Assembly: GCA_040386535.1 (NCBI GenBank)
Contig: JAZKFH010000025.1
Span: 128,001 to 192,000 of the forward strand
DNA: 64,000 bases
Direction: 5' to 3'
From: Myxococcota bacterium
Lineage (GTDB): Bacteria > Myxococcota_A > UBA796 > SXON01
Made by a program: the position numbers and the translations under genes. This document shows positions 9,172 to 21,560 of this stretch, piece after piece. Positions within the stretch are counted from its first letter, which is position 1. The number at the start of each line of letters is the position of its first letter. Below the pieces are notes generated by a model that was not told the DNA's origin, searched no databases, and was given only the letters and a program-made list of their open reading frames with translations.

Positions 9172-9762
9172 TCAGGAAGCCCGCGCCGAAAAGGTGGGCC
9201 GCCACCCGAGCGCGCGCAGGGTGTCGATCACCTCGAGGAGGGGCAGCCCCAGCACGCTGAAGTAGTCCCCGTCGATGGAGGCGATCAGGTGCGCCCCCAA
9301 GCCCTCCACGGCGTAACCTCCCGCGCAGCCCGAGCCCTCTCCGGTCGAGACGTAGGCGTCGATCTCGGCGTCGCTCAGATCCGCGCGAAAGCGCAGGTGG
9401 GCGTGCGACACGAGGCGCTCGACGCGCGTGTCGAGGCGGATGCACACCGCCGTGGTGAGGGTGTGGGTGCGGCCGCGGAGCTGGCGGAGGCGCGCGCGGT
9501 GGTCGTCGGGGTTCTCGGGTTTGCCGAAGGGCTGCCCATCGACATGGGCGACCTGGTCCGCACCGATGACGATGGCGCCCGGCACCTGCACGGCGTTCGC
9601 CTTGGCGTCTGCCCGCGCCACGGCGAGCGAGGGGGGGCTCGGTGCCAGGATTTGGGACTCGTCCACCCCGGGGGAGACGCCGGTGCACACGATGCCGGCG
9701 GCGCGCAGGAGGGCGAGCCGCGCGGGGCTCGTGGAGGCGAGGACGATGGGGAGGTCGGTCAT
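9172..9762 (-). CDS. maf: Maf-family nucleoside triphosphate pyrophosphatase
   Basis: IVLASTSPAR, VIGADQV, FGKP, GCAGGYAVEG, VLGLPL; start reset to MTDLP. Confidence 0.9.
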   Translation of the reverse strand: MTDLPIVLASTSPARLALLRAAGIVCTGVSPGVDESQILAPSPPSLAVARADAKANAVQVPGAIVIGADQVAHVDGQPFGKPENPDDHRARLRQLRGRTHTLTTAVCIRLDTRVERLVSHAHLRFRADLSDAEIDAYVSTGEGSGCAGGYAVEGLGAHLIASIDGDYFSVLGLPLLEVIDTLRALGWRPTFSARAS

Positions 9763-9840
9763 GGCGGCCTTCCTATTACGTCGCGCGGGGGGCGCCGGAT
9801 CGGTCGATCGGGTCGCGGTTGCCGGGATAGGGGAGGGGGG

Positions 9841-10749
9841 ATGTCCGACCTCTCCCAGGAGCTCGCCGCGCTCGTCGCGGACACGTTGGCGGCCGCCGAG
9901 TCGTGGCGCGTGACCGGGGCGTTCCTTGCGCCCACCGGCCCGCTCGCGGGCCTCCCGGCTGCGGAGCCGTGGCCCGCGGGGCCCGCGCCGCGTCTGCCGC
10001 CCCCCCGCCCCGAGCCGGCGCGGTTCGAGCAGGCCCGCGTCGAGCAGCCCCGCGCCGAGGCGTCGCGACCCGAGCCGACCCGCCCGCCGCCGCGCCCGGT
10101 AGAGGCCGCCCGCCCGGCTGTCGCGCCCCGCGTCGAGGCGCCCAGGGCCGTCGCCCCCGCGGTGCGGCCCGTCGAGCCAGCGCCCGCGCCCGCCAGTGGC
10201 GCCGCTCCCAACCTGGCCGGCTTGTTCGGCGCAAAATGGCAACAATCGATCCGGAACCCCGAGGACGACATCACCCAGGCGCTGACGGCTGCGGCCCGAT
10301 GCCCCTCGTGCGGCGCCGAAGCCCCCTCGTTGCGAGGCGCCGGCGCGGCCGAGTCCAAGCTCGCGGTGTTGGCCGCGGGGCCCGACGGGAAGCGCCTCGT
10401 GGGCGAAGCCGGCGTGATGTTCGACAAGATGCTGGTCCACGTCCTCTCGCTCGAGCGCGCCGACGTGTGGGTGCTCGAGGCGAACGCATGCGCCACGGAG
10501 GGCCCCGCGGTGGGCACGTGCCGCGGCGTGCTGCTCCGGCAGCTCGAGATCGTGGGCCCCCGCCTGCTCCTCGCGATGGGCAACCCCGCGGCGGCGATCG
10601 TGGGGGTCTCGGCGGCCGGGCGAGGAGACTGGGCGCGGTGGCGCACGACCGACGTGGTCGCCACCTTCCACCCGGTCGAGCTGGTGGCCCGCCCCGGGGA
10701 GAAGGGCGCCACGATGAAGCACCTCACGACGCTACGGCAGCGGCTCTAG
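9841..10749 (+). CDS. Uracil-DNA glycosylase family 4-like protein with Pro-rich N-terminal extension and degenerate active site
   Basis: CPSC..C..C pattern, LVGEAGVMFDKML, LLLAMGNPAA, VATFHP; SD GGAGG before ATG 9841. Confidence 0.7.
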   Translation: MSDLSQELAALVADTLAAAESWRVTGAFLAPTGPLAGLPAAEPWPAGPAPRLPPPRPEPARFEQARVEQPRAEASRPEPTRPPPRPVEAARPAVAPRVEAPRAVAPAVRPVEPAPAPASGAAPNLAGLFGAKWQQSIRNPEDDITQALTAAARCPSCGAEAPSLRGAGAAESKLAVLAAGPDGKRLVGEAGVMFDKMLVHVLSLERADVWVLEANACATEGPAVGTCRGVLLRQLEIVGPRLLLAMGNPAAAIVGVSAAGRGDWARWRTTDVVATFHPVELVARPGEKGATMKHLTTLRQRL

Positions 10750-10803
10750 GAAGCCGCCGACAGCGGCAGCGAGCCGCCGCTGGAGCTCGGAGCGACGGGC
10801 CTG

Positions 10804-11913
10804 CTACTTGCGCTTCTTGGCGACGCGAACGTCCTGCAGGAGCGCGCCGAGAGTGCCGAAGGTGCCCCCCGTGGTGAGGGCCTCCGCGCGGCGCGGCTGG
10901 TTGTCGGCCGCCACGGTGGTGTCCGACTCCTCGACCTGGCGGATGCCGAGATCGACGCGCTTGCGGTCGAGGTCGATCTGGAGGACGCGCACGCGCACGG
11001 CCTGGCCCTCGGTGACTGCCGACGCCGCGGACTCGACGCGCTTCTTCGAGAGGTTCGGGAGCCGGACCAGGCCCTCGACGCCGGACGAGATGCGCACGAA
11101 CGCGCCGAACTCACGGATGCCGGTCACGACGCCGTCGTAGATCTCGCCCTCGACGATCGTGGTGATCGCGATGTCGGCGGCGGCGCGCGCCTCGATCTCG
11201 GCGATCGCGCGGTGGGAGACCTTGGCCTCGCGCCCGCGCACGTCCAGCACGCGGAACGACAGCGAGCGACCGATGTAGGCGTCGAGATCGGCCTCGGGCT
11301 GGTAGTCGATCTGCGAGTTGGGGCAGAACGCCTTCACGTCGCCCGAGAGCAGGACGATGAAGCCCGCCTCGTTGCGGCTCACGACCTTGCCCTGCACGGG
11401 GATCTTGCTCTCGACGGCGTCGTCGAGGAGGGCGCGCGTGTTGTCGCCGCCCATGCTGCGCGAGAGGCGGATCTCGCCGTCCTTCACGGAGACGACGTAG
11501 GCGTCGAGGATGTCGCCCAGGGCGATCTCGGGCTTGAGCTCGGCGCGCTCGATGCTCGCGTCGGACTTGATGCCGACGCTGACGAAGGCGAGTGTGGGCG
11601 TCAGGCGGGAGATGGCGCCGCGGACCCGCTGGCCCGGCTTCAGGGGGCCGGTGTGCTTCGCGGGGGCGAAGGCGGCCATCATCGCGGCGACCTCGTCGGG
11701 ATCCATCTCGCCGATCGAACGAAGCCCGTCGAAGTCGGTGGTGGCGCGGGGCGCGGGGGGCGGGGCCTCCGGCGCGATCGGGGCGCGCGGGGTCGCGGGC
11801 GCATCGCTGCGGATCCACGCGGTCGGCGACTCGGGGATGGCGTCGACGCCGCCCTCACCGTTGGGATTCTGTGACTTGCGGCGCTGAAATCCGCGCACCC
11901 GTTGCTCGTCCAT
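10804..11913 (-). CDS. S1 RNA-binding domain protein (three S1 repeats, RpsA-like)
   Basis: Repeated S1 motifs, e.g. GVVTGIREFGAFV..GVEGLV and AFCPNSQID. Confidence 0.85.
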   Translation of the reverse strand: MDEQRVRGFQRRKSQNPNGEGGVDAIPESPTAWIRSDAPATPRAPIAPEAPPPAPRATTDFDGLRSIGEMDPDEVAAMMAAFAPAKHTGPLKPGQRVRGAISRLTPTLAFVSVGIKSDASIERAELKPEIALGDILDAYVVSVKDGEIRLSRSMGGDNTRALLDDAVESKIPVQGKVVSRNEAGFIVLLSGDVKAFCPNSQIDYQPEADLDAYIGRSLSFRVLDVRGREAKVSHRAIAEIEARAAADIAITTIVEGEIYDGVVTGIREFGAFVRISSGVEGLVRLPNLSKKRVESAASAVTEGQAVRVRVLQIDLDRKRVDLGIRQVEESDTTVAADNQPRRAEALTTGGTFGTLGALLQDVRVAKKRK

Positions 11914-12177
11914 CGAGAAAACTCCGTGGATCGTTCCGACCCGAGCGACGCGGACTATCCCCGCGGGCAGCAAAGCCGCAAGCTGCCGACCGCTCCGGAG
12001 CTTGACGGCTGGGGCTTGTGGACCAGCCGCACCCATCGTACGATCCGCTGCACCGTAACCTTATGTAGTATCCACCGGAGCGCACATGTTGGTAGTTTCG
12101 ATGAAAGAAGCTGGAATTCTCCGCATTGGTGACGTCGATGTGTACATCGGTGAAATCCGAGGCGGGCAGGTGAAAGT

Positions 12178-14524
<2,347 letters not shown>

Positions 14525-14526
14525 TC

Positions 14527-14871
14527 ATGTCCACCCCCGACGGTCTCCTCGTCTCGCTACAAGCCGCCCCCGGCGGTGGAGGCAGCTTCGTGTCCAGCCT
14601 CGTCCTGATGGTGGCCTTCGTCGCCATCTTCTACTTCGTGATGCTCCGCCCCCAGCAGAAGGAGGCCAAGGAGCAGGCCGCGCTGCTCGCCTCCATCCAG
14701 AAGGGGGATCGCGTCATCACCGCCTCCGGCCTCCACGGGAAGGTGCAGGAGGTCAAGGCGGACACGCTGCAGCTCGAGATTGCGCCCACCGTGTTCGTCA
14801 CGGTCGACCGTGAGTCGGTGCGCCGCAAGGTGGACACGACCAAGGTCGAGACCCCGACGAAGGGGGCGTGA
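14527..14871 (+). CDS. yajC: Preprotein translocase subunit YajC
   Basis: IFYFVMLRPQQK, KGDRVITASGLHG; tgt-yajC-secD order. Confidence 0.95.
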   Translation: MSTPDGLLVSLQAAPGGGGSFVSSLVLMVAFVAIFYFVMLRPQQKEAKEQAALLASIQKGDRVITASGLHGKVQEVKADTLQLEIAPTVFVTVDRESVRRKVDTTKVETPTKGA

Positions 14872-16649
14872 TGGAAGGCGGTCTGATCGCACGCCTCGTC
14901 GCTTGTGTGGCGGCGGTGCTCCTCGCCGTGTGGCTCCTGCTCCCGACGATCCTCAACTCCGAGGCCTTCATCGGCCCCTCGGTCAAGGCGAACCTGGAGC
15001 TCGAGGCCGAACGCGCCAAGATGGAGGAACCGCCGCCGCTGGAGAAGCCGTTCCCCGCCTACGTGGACTGGCTCCCGAACCTGTTCGTCAACCTCGGGCT
15101 CGATCTGCAAGGCGGCATCGATCTCACGCTCACCGTCGAGGCCGATCAGGCCGTGCTCGCCACCGTCCAGCGTGACGTTGTGCCCGTGAAGACCGCGGCG
15201 GAGAAGGACGGGGTCAAGCTCGCGGACGTGAAGCGGGATCGCCGTCGGCCGGCCCTGTTGATCCTCCCCGGGGAGGGTGTGGGCCTCGACAGTGTGCAGA
15301 GCTTCCTGCGCAAGCGGTTCTCCGCCTACGCGTACGACCACACCGAGACGATCGAGGGCAAGGACTGGCTCGTGTTCGGGCTGACGGAGCAGTCCCAGGA
15401 CGAGATCGCCAAGAACGCGGTGGATCAGGCGCTCGAGACCATCCGGAACCGCATCGACGAGACCGGCGTGAAGGAGCCCTCCATCACGCGCAAGGGCGAG
15501 CGGGACATCGCCATCCAGCTCCCCGGCGAGACCGACGTGGAGAAGGCCGTCGCCATCGTCGGGCAGACCGCGCGCCTCGAGTTCATGCTGGTCGACGAGC
15601 AGGCTGACCCCACCGCCCTCGAGGCGGGGCTCGCCGCCGCCCAGGCGGCGCTCAGCGCCGAAGATTACGCTGACGACCGCCGGCTCTCCGAGTGGCTCAC
15701 GGACAACGGCCACCTCGCGCCGGGCCGCCTCCTCCTCTGGGAGTACGCGAAGGCCAAGGGTGTCGAGACCCGCACGGTCCCCCTCGTCCTCAAGGAGGAG
15801 GTGATCCTCTCCGGCGACGACGTGAACGACGCGCAGACCAGCCCCAACCCGCAGACCGGCGAGTACTACGTCGCGCTCGAGTTCAAGCCCCGCGGTCAGG
15901 CGATCTTCGCCGACGTGACGGGTGAGAACGTCGGGAAGCGGTTCGCCATCGTGCTCGACGACCAGGTCCGCTCGGCCCCGCAGATCCGCGAGCGCATCAA
16001 CGGAACCGCCAGCATCTCCATGGGCGGGCAGAACATCGACGAGCAGATCAAGGAAGCGGGCATGCTCGCGCTGGTCCTGCGGTCGGGCGCCCTGCCCGCG
16101 CCGGTGAGCGTCGGCGAGGTGCGTACCGTCGGTGCATCCCTGGGCGCCCAGGCCATCGACGAGGGGCTCCTCGCCGCCCTTCTCGGCTGCAGCTTCGTGC
16201 TGATCTTCGCCGCCGTCTACTACAAGGTCAGCGGGCTCGTCGCGGACCTCACCCTCGTCATCAACGGGGTGATCCTGGTCGCGATGCTCGCGTTGGCGGG
16301 CGCGACGCTCACGCTGCCGGGCATCTGCGGCATCGCGTTGACGATCGGCATGGCTGTCGACTGCAACATCATCATCTTCGAGCGCATCCGCGAGGAGCTC
16401 CGCGCGGGCAAGTCGATCCGGGCGGCGATCGACGCCGGCTTCGATCGCGCGACCGTCGCGGTGGTCGACAGCAACATCACGACGCTCCTCGCGGGCGTGG
16501 TGCTCTACAGCTACGGCTCGGGCCCCATCAAGGGCTTCGCGGTCACCCTGATGATCGGCATCTTCACGACGTTGTTCACCGGTGTGTTCGTCTCCCGGAC
16601 GCTCATGGACCTGGTCAACCGCGGGCAGCGCGCCCGCATGAGCATCTGA
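14868..16649 (+). CDS. secD: Protein translocase subunit SecD
   Basis: NLGLDLQGG, IRNRIDETGVKEP, LRSGALP, IGMAVDCNIIIFERIREE. Confidence 0.97.
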   Translation: MMEGGLIARLVACVAAVLLAVWLLLPTILNSEAFIGPSVKANLELEAERAKMEEPPPLEKPFPAYVDWLPNLFVNLGLDLQGGIDLTLTVEADQAVLATVQRDVVPVKTAAEKDGVKLADVKRDRRRPALLILPGEGVGLDSVQSFLRKRFSAYAYDHTETIEGKDWLVFGLTEQSQDEIAKNAVDQALETIRNRIDETGVKEPSITRKGERDIAIQLPGETDVEKAVAIVGQTARLEFMLVDEQADPTALEAGLAAAQAALSAEDYADDRRLSEWLTDNGHLAPGRLLLWEYAKAKGVETRTVPLVLKEEVILSGDDVNDAQTSPNPQTGEYYVALEFKPRGQAIFADVTGENVGKRFAIVLDDQVRSAPQIRERINGTASISMGGQNIDEQIKEAGMLALVLRSGALPAPVSVGEVRTVGASLGAQAIDEGLLAALLGCSFVLIFAAVYYKVSGLVADLTLVINGVILVAMLALAGATLTLPGICGIALTIGMAVDCNIIIFERIREELRAGKSIRAAIDAGFDRATVAVVDSNITTLLAGVVLYSYGSGPIKGFAVTLMIGIFTTLFTGVFVSRTLMDLVNRGQRARMSI

Positions 16650-16658
16650 GGTGCGCCC

Positions 16659-17870
16659 ATGATGGAGCTTCTCCCCAAGGACCTCTACATCGACTTCGTC
16701 GGCAAGAGGAACTTCTTCTCGGGCATCTCGGCGCTCATGGTGCTGATCAGCATCCTGTTGTTCGTGTTCGTCGGCCCCAACTGGAGCATCGACTTCACCG
16801 GCGGCACGGAAGTGCAGATGCACTTCAAGGAGTCGACCGACATCGGCGATGTCCGTGAGGCGCTCGGCACCATCGGGATCAGCGAGGACTCGATCCAGCT
16901 CGTCGGCCCTGCTTCCGACAATCGCTACCTCGTGCGCCTGCAGGGCGCGTCGAGCGCGAACCAAGGTGAGGTCGACGCCGTCCGGAGCGCCCTCGTCGCC
17001 GGGTTCGGCGCCGACTGGATCGAGGAATTCGATGTCGACGAGGAGGTCGGCACGCGGGCCTCCGTCTCCTACAAGGGTCCCGCCATCCCGCTGGACCGCA
17101 TCACCGCCGCGCTCGCGTCGCTACCCGGCGTCAAGGTGCAGTCCTCCCCCGAGGAGAACGAGTTCTACGCGCGCCTGCCCGGTGTGGCCGAGGAGATCCG
17201 CGCCACACTCGCCAAGGAGCTGGCGGGCCATGACTTCGAGCTCGAGCGCACCGACTCCGTGGGGCCGAAGGTCGGCGGGAACCTGCGTGCCGCGGGCCTC
17301 ACGTCGATGGTCGTGACGATGGTGCTGCTCACCATCTACGTCGGCGTCCGCTTCGACTTCGCGTTCGCGCCCGGCGCCATCCTCTGCCTGTTCCACGACG
17401 CGGCGCTCACGTGCGGCTTCTTCGTGCTCACGCAGCAGGAGTTCGGCCTGTCGATGATCAGCGCGATCCTGACGCTCGTCGGGTACTCCATCAACGACAC
17501 GATCGTCATCTACGATCGAATCCGCGAGAACATGGAGAAGTACCGCAAGCAGGACCTCCACAAGCTCATCAACGACAGCATCAACCAGACGCTCTCGCGG
17601 TCGATCATCACCAACGGCGCCACCGCGCTCGCGCTCGTGCCGTTCCTGATCTGGGGTGGGTCGGTCCTGCGCACGTTCGCCACCGCGATGATCATCGGCA
17701 TCATCGTCGGCAGCTACTCGACCATCTACGTCGCCAGCCCGCTGATGATCATCATCAAGGAGAACCAGGACAGCATCCTGCGCCTCTTCGGGTTGAACAA
17801 GAAGCCGCCCTCCGGCCCCGCAGCCGGGAGCCCCGACGCATCGGCCGTCTCCGCGCCCCTTTCGCCTTGA
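16659..17870 (+). CDS. secF: Protein translocase subunit SecF
   Basis: SIDFTGG, VGPKVG, GYSINDTIVIYDRIREN. Confidence 0.97.
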   Translation: MMELLPKDLYIDFVGKRNFFSGISALMVLISILLFVFVGPNWSIDFTGGTEVQMHFKESTDIGDVREALGTIGISEDSIQLVGPASDNRYLVRLQGASSANQGEVDAVRSALVAGFGADWIEEFDVDEEVGTRASVSYKGPAIPLDRITAALASLPGVKVQSSPEENEFYARLPGVAEEIRATLAKELAGHDFELERTDSVGPKVGGNLRAAGLTSMVVTMVLLTIYVGVRFDFAFAPGAILCLFHDAALTCGFFVLTQQEFGLSMISAILTLVGYSINDTIVIYDRIRENMEKYRKQDLHKLINDSINQTLSRSIITNGATALALVPFLIWGGSVLRTFATAMIIGIIVGSYSTIYVASPLMIIIKENQDSILRLFGLNKKPPSGPAAGSPDASAVSAPLSP

Positions 17871-17895
17871 CCCCCCCTCCTGGCGCCGGTATACA
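17867..17895 (+). promoter_or_regulatory. Sigma70-type internal promoter upstream of the IHF gene
   Basis: TTGACC-N17-TATACA. Confidence 0.55.
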
Positions 17896-17919
17896 GCGGC
17901 CAAACCATTCGAGTTTCTG

Positions 17920-18213
17920 ATGACGAAGAGCGAGCTGGTCGACGCGGTGGCCCGCCGGCAGAACCTCCCCCGACAAACGGCCGAGCGTGTGGTCAACGTC
18001 CTGTTCGACTCCATCCGGGACGCCCTCCTTCGGGGCGACCGGGTGGAGATCCGCGGGTTCGGGTCGTTCAAGGCGCGGCATTATGAGGGCTACACGGGGA
18101 GGAATCCCCGTACCGGGGTGCCGATCTTCGTGTCGCCGAAGGTCTTGCCGGTCTTCAAGGTCGGCAAGGACCTCAGGATCCGGGTAAATGGGGGCATGGA
18201 CCCCGAGGAATGA
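17920..18213 (+). CDS. ihfB: Integration host factor beta / HU family DNA-binding protein
   Basis: MTKSELV, GDRVEIRGFGSF, GRNPRTG, PVFKVGKDL. Confidence 0.9.
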   Translation: MTKSELVDAVARRQNLPRQTAERVVNVLFDSIRDALLRGDRVEIRGFGSFKARHYEGYTGRNPRTGVPIFVSPKVLPVFKVGKDLRIRVNGGMDPEE

Positions 18214-18800
18214 TCCCCTTCGCGCTGTTGGTGCCGGCCGTGTTCGCCGGCAGTGTCTACATCAACGGTGTGCGGGCCGATCTCCTGCCCGAGGTGACCG
18301 TCACCAACGCGACCGTCCGGTTCGATGGCCAGGGCAACGTGTGGATCGACGCCCCCGGCTACCGGGTCCAGGTGGTGCAGCCCGGCGAAGATGCCGGGCC
18401 GGGCCCGTCGGCCCCCGCCACGTCCTCGCCGTCCTCGGCCACTTCGTCGAACGCGCGGGTCGGTTCGGGCGCCTGGTGGCTCGTGACGGAGGACAACGGC
18501 TCCTCCGGGCACACGCTAGAGGTGGTGGTCAACGGCACGCTCGTCCGTCGCATCGCGTCAGGCGAGCCCCAGCTGATCTTCGACCTCGGCCCCTTCCTGC
18601 GGGCCGGCAGCAACCTCGTCGTGATCAACGCCCTGGCCGGGTCCACGCCCAGCGGCGGCGCGCTCACGGTGTACGTCGGCCGGGGCAACAACCTCTCCGG
18701 TACCATCCGCCTCGACAACCCCGACGTCTCCTACAGCCGACGCGCCTCAGACGGGGCGAACGGCGGCGGCGGGCGTCAATACACCCTCACCGTTCCCTGA
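18210..18800 (+). CDS. Hypothetical exported beta-rich protein
   Basis: Signal-peptide-like N-terminus; ATGA overlap with the upstream gene. Confidence 0.7.
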   Translation: MIPFALLVPAVFAGSVYINGVRADLLPEVTVTNATVRFDGQGNVWIDAPGYRVQVVQPGEDAGPGPSAPATSSPSSATSSNARVGSGAWWLVTEDNGSSGHTLEVVVNGTLVRRIASGEPQLIFDLGPFLRAGSNLVVINALAGSTPSGGALTVYVGRGNNLSGTIRLDNPDVSYSRRASDGANGGGGRQYTLTVP

Positions 18801-18864
18801 CCCGAAGGCTTCCTGACTCCCAGGCGGCCTGTTCACAGTCCCCTGAACCTCGCGCGGAGCACTG

Positions 18865-20232
18865 GTGGCAGCATCTCTTCATCACCGGGGAACGGAAAAG
18901 CGCACCTACGTCCTGGACACGAACGTGCTCCTGCACGATCCGGGTGCGTTGCTGGTCTTTCACGAGCATGATCTCGTCATCCCGATCACCGTCATCGAGG
19001 AGGTCGACAAGTTCAAGCGCGAGCTGACTGAGCTCGGCCGCGCCGCGCGCACGGTGTCACGCCAGCTCGACGGGATGCGCGCCACCGGCCGCATCCGTGA
19101 AGGCGTGCCGCTCCCCGGCGGAGGCAAGCTCCGTGTCGAGTTGGGCCAGGTGGGCGACGTGGGTGAGCTCTTCGCCGGCGCCGCGCACACCAACGACAAC
19201 GTCATCCTCCAGACCGCCATGAAGCTCCATCGCGAGGCCAAGAACGGCACCGTGATCTTCGTCAGCCGCGACGTCAACATGCGCATCAAGGCCGACGCGC
19301 TCGGCATGCTGGCGGAGGACTACGAGCACGCTCACGTCGACATCGACGAGGCCTACACCGGCGTCATCGAGCGCGAGGTCGACGGCGACGTGGTGAGCGA
19401 GATGTACAACAAGGGATGGATGGCGGAGGAGGGCGTCGGCATCTGCCCCCACCAGTTCGTCATCCTCAAGAACGCCTCGCAGCCGGGCCAGACGGCGATG
19501 ACCCGGTACGACGCGAAGCAGAAGCGCTTGCTGCTCGTCGGTCGGTACAAGGAGGGCGTGTGGGGCATCTTCGCCCGCAATCGCGAGCAGCTCTTCGCTC
19601 TCGACCTGCTGCTCGACGACACGGTCCCCCTCGTGACGCTCGACGGCATGGCCGGCACCGGAAAGACCCTGCTCGCCATCGCCTGCGGCCTCCAGCGCGT
19701 GGCCGACGACAAGCATTACCGCCGCCTCGTGGTGGCGCGCCCGATCTTCCCGCTCGGCAAGGACGTGGGCTTCCTCCCCGGCACGCTCGAGGAGAAGCTC
19801 AACCCCTGGATGAAGCCCATCTTCGACAACCTCGACCTGCTGCTCGGCGGCGAAGAGGGGCGGGAGAACCCGGGCCGCGGTGGGAAGAACGCACCTCCCA
19901 ACTACCAGGCGTTGATCGACCAGAAGATCATCGAGGTCGAGCCGCTCACCTACATCCGCGGGCGCAGCCTGCCCCGCCAGTACCTCGTGATCGACGAGGC
20001 GCAGAACCTCACCCCGCATGAGGTCAAGACCGTCATCACGCGCGCGGGAGAGGGCACGAAGGTGATCCTCACGGGCGATCGCTACCAGATCGACAATCCC
20101 TACGTGGACGCCACGTCCAACGGCTTGTCCTACGTGGTCGAGCGCTTCCGCACCTCGCCGATGGCCGGGCACGTCACGCTCCGGAAGGGCGAGCGCAGTC
20201 CGCTCGCCGAGACGGCGGCGTCGCTTCTCTGA
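18865..20232 (+). CDS. PhoH2-type protein (PIN domain plus PhoH ATPase)
   Basis: YVLDTNVLLHDP PIN motif; GMAGTGKT; IRGRS; DEAQN. Confidence 0.93.
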   Translation: MAASLHHRGTEKRTYVLDTNVLLHDPGALLVFHEHDLVIPITVIEEVDKFKRELTELGRAARTVSRQLDGMRATGRIREGVPLPGGGKLRVELGQVGDVGELFAGAAHTNDNVILQTAMKLHREAKNGTVIFVSRDVNMRIKADALGMLAEDYEHAHVDIDEAYTGVIEREVDGDVVSEMYNKGWMAEEGVGICPHQFVILKNASQPGQTAMTRYDAKQKRLLLVGRYKEGVWGIFARNREQLFALDLLLDDTVPLVTLDGMAGTGKTLLAIACGLQRVADDKHYRRLVVARPIFPLGKDVGFLPGTLEEKLNPWMKPIFDNLDLLLGGEEGRENPGRGGKNAPPNYQALIDQKIIEVEPLTYIRGRSLPRQYLVIDEAQNLTPHEVKTVITRAGEGTKVILTGDRYQIDNPYVDATSNGLSYVVERFRTSPMAGHVTLRKGERSPLAETAASLL

Positions 20233-20233
20233 C

Positions 20234-20887
20234 GTGATCCTCCATCGCTTCGAGACCGTGGCTTCCACGCAGATCGTGGCGCGGGAGCTGGCGGAGGCCG
20301 GGGCGCCTCACGGCACGGTCGTGCTCGCGGAGGAGCAGACCGCGGGCCGGGGGCGCCTCGATCGTCGCTGGGACAGCGCCCGTGGGCTGAACCTGACGTT
20401 CACGCTCGTGTTGCGCCCGCGCATCGCGGCGCGGGACGCCCCCCTCCTCACGCTCGGGGCCGCCGCAGGCCTCGCGGTGGCGTTCGACCTGCGCGTGAAG
20501 TGGCCGAACGATTTGGTGACGGGGGAGGGGAGGAAGGTCGCCGGCCTCCTCGCGGAGATGGACACCGTCGGCGATCGCGTCGGGTTCGTGCTCCTCGGCG
20601 TGGGCCTGAACGTCAACCAGGTGAGCTTCCCCGCGGCGCTTCCGAACGCGACAAGCCTCGCGACGATTTCGGGCCCACAAGACCGTGACGAAGTGTTGGA
20701 ACGCGCCATCGCGTCGATCCTCGCGTGGTCCGAGCACCCCGACCGGCTGACCCTGTGGCGCCAGCGCGCCCACACGCTCGGCAAACACGTGCGCATTGGT
20801 CCTACGGAGGGGATCGCCACGGCTTTGCGCGACGACGGCGCGCTCATCGTCGGCGGCGTGCCCGTGCTCGCGGGCGAGATCGGCTGA
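20234..20887 (+). CDS. birA: Biotin-protein ligase (no HTH)
   Basis: EEQTAGRGRLDRRW, KWPND, KVAGLL, GVGLN. Confidence 0.93.
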   Translation: MILHRFETVASTQIVARELAEAGAPHGTVVLAEEQTAGRGRLDRRWDSARGLNLTFTLVLRPRIAARDAPLLTLGAAAGLAVAFDLRVKWPNDLVTGEGRKVAGLLAEMDTVGDRVGFVLLGVGLNVNQVSFPAALPNATSLATISGPQDRDEVLERAIASILAWSEHPDRLTLWRQRAHTLGKHVRIGPTEGIATALRDDGALIVGGVPVLAGEIG

Positions 20888-20890
20888 CCT

Positions 20891-21520
20891 TCAGGGCAGG
20901 TACGCCGTCTCTCCGAACGACTCGATCACCGCGCCCGCGTCCGCGAGGAGGACGCGCGAGTGGCTCGCGTAGGACGGCGCCCAACGCAGCGCCTGATCGG
21001 GACCCAAGCCGAGCCAATGACACGCGAGGGCGCGGATGACGCCGATGTGGGTCACGACGACGACGCGCTGATCGGCGAACTCCTGGGCATCCCACCACGT
21101 GGTTGCGCGGGCGAAACACTCGCCGTAGCTCTCGCCGCCGGGCGGGCGCGCGTTCACGTAGTCGTCCCAGTAGGCGGTGGTGCCGGCGGGATCGTCGATC
21201 GTGAGGTCCTCCCAGCCACGGCCATCCCACCGCCCCATGTCCTGCTCGCGGAGGGCGGGCACGAGGATCGGGGTGGGGGACAGATGGCGCGCGAGGGTGG
21301 TGCAGCGGGAGAGGTCGCTCGTGATGACCACGTCGGGAGCGGGGTACGCACGGCGGAGCCACTCCGCGGCCGCGGCGCTCTGGGCCTCGCCCCGCGGCGA
21401 GAGCCGCGCATCGGACTGACCGCGACATACACGGCTGCCCGCCACCTCGCCGTGCCGGAACAGGTGGACACGGACGACGGACGCGGAGGGGATGATCCGC
21501 ATGGTGGGCTTGTCGAACAT
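20891..21520 (-). CDS. Histidine phosphatase (PGM/CobC-like) family protein
   Basis: LFRHGE, SDLSRC, LREQDMGRWDG, PGGES, VVTHIGVIR. Confidence 0.88.
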   Translation of the reverse strand: MFDKPTMRIIPSASVVRVHLFRHGEVAGSRVCRGQSDARLSPRGEAQSAAAAEWLRRAYPAPDVVITSDLSRCTTLARHLSPTPILVPALREQDMGRWDGRGWEDLTIDDPAGTTAYWDDYVNARPPGGESYGECFARATTWWDAQEFADQRVVVVTHIGVIRALACHWLGLGPDQALRWAPSYASHSRVLLADAGAVIESFGETAYLP

Positions 21521-21560
21521 CGTCCGCCGGTTATCCCGGCGCTCCCGGTTCAGGAGATTG

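Noticed and set aside
5459..9265. Long + strand ORFs antisense to the Hsp70 genes (5459..7054, 7187..9265)
   Set aside because: Shadow ORFs caused by GC-rich codon bias; open antisense frames are a known feature of hsp70 genes
9169..10749. Apparent fully overlapping 526-aa and 516-aa ORFs
   Set aside because: They resolve into divergent maf (9762 start) and UDG-like (9841 start) genes with spurious N-terminal extensions
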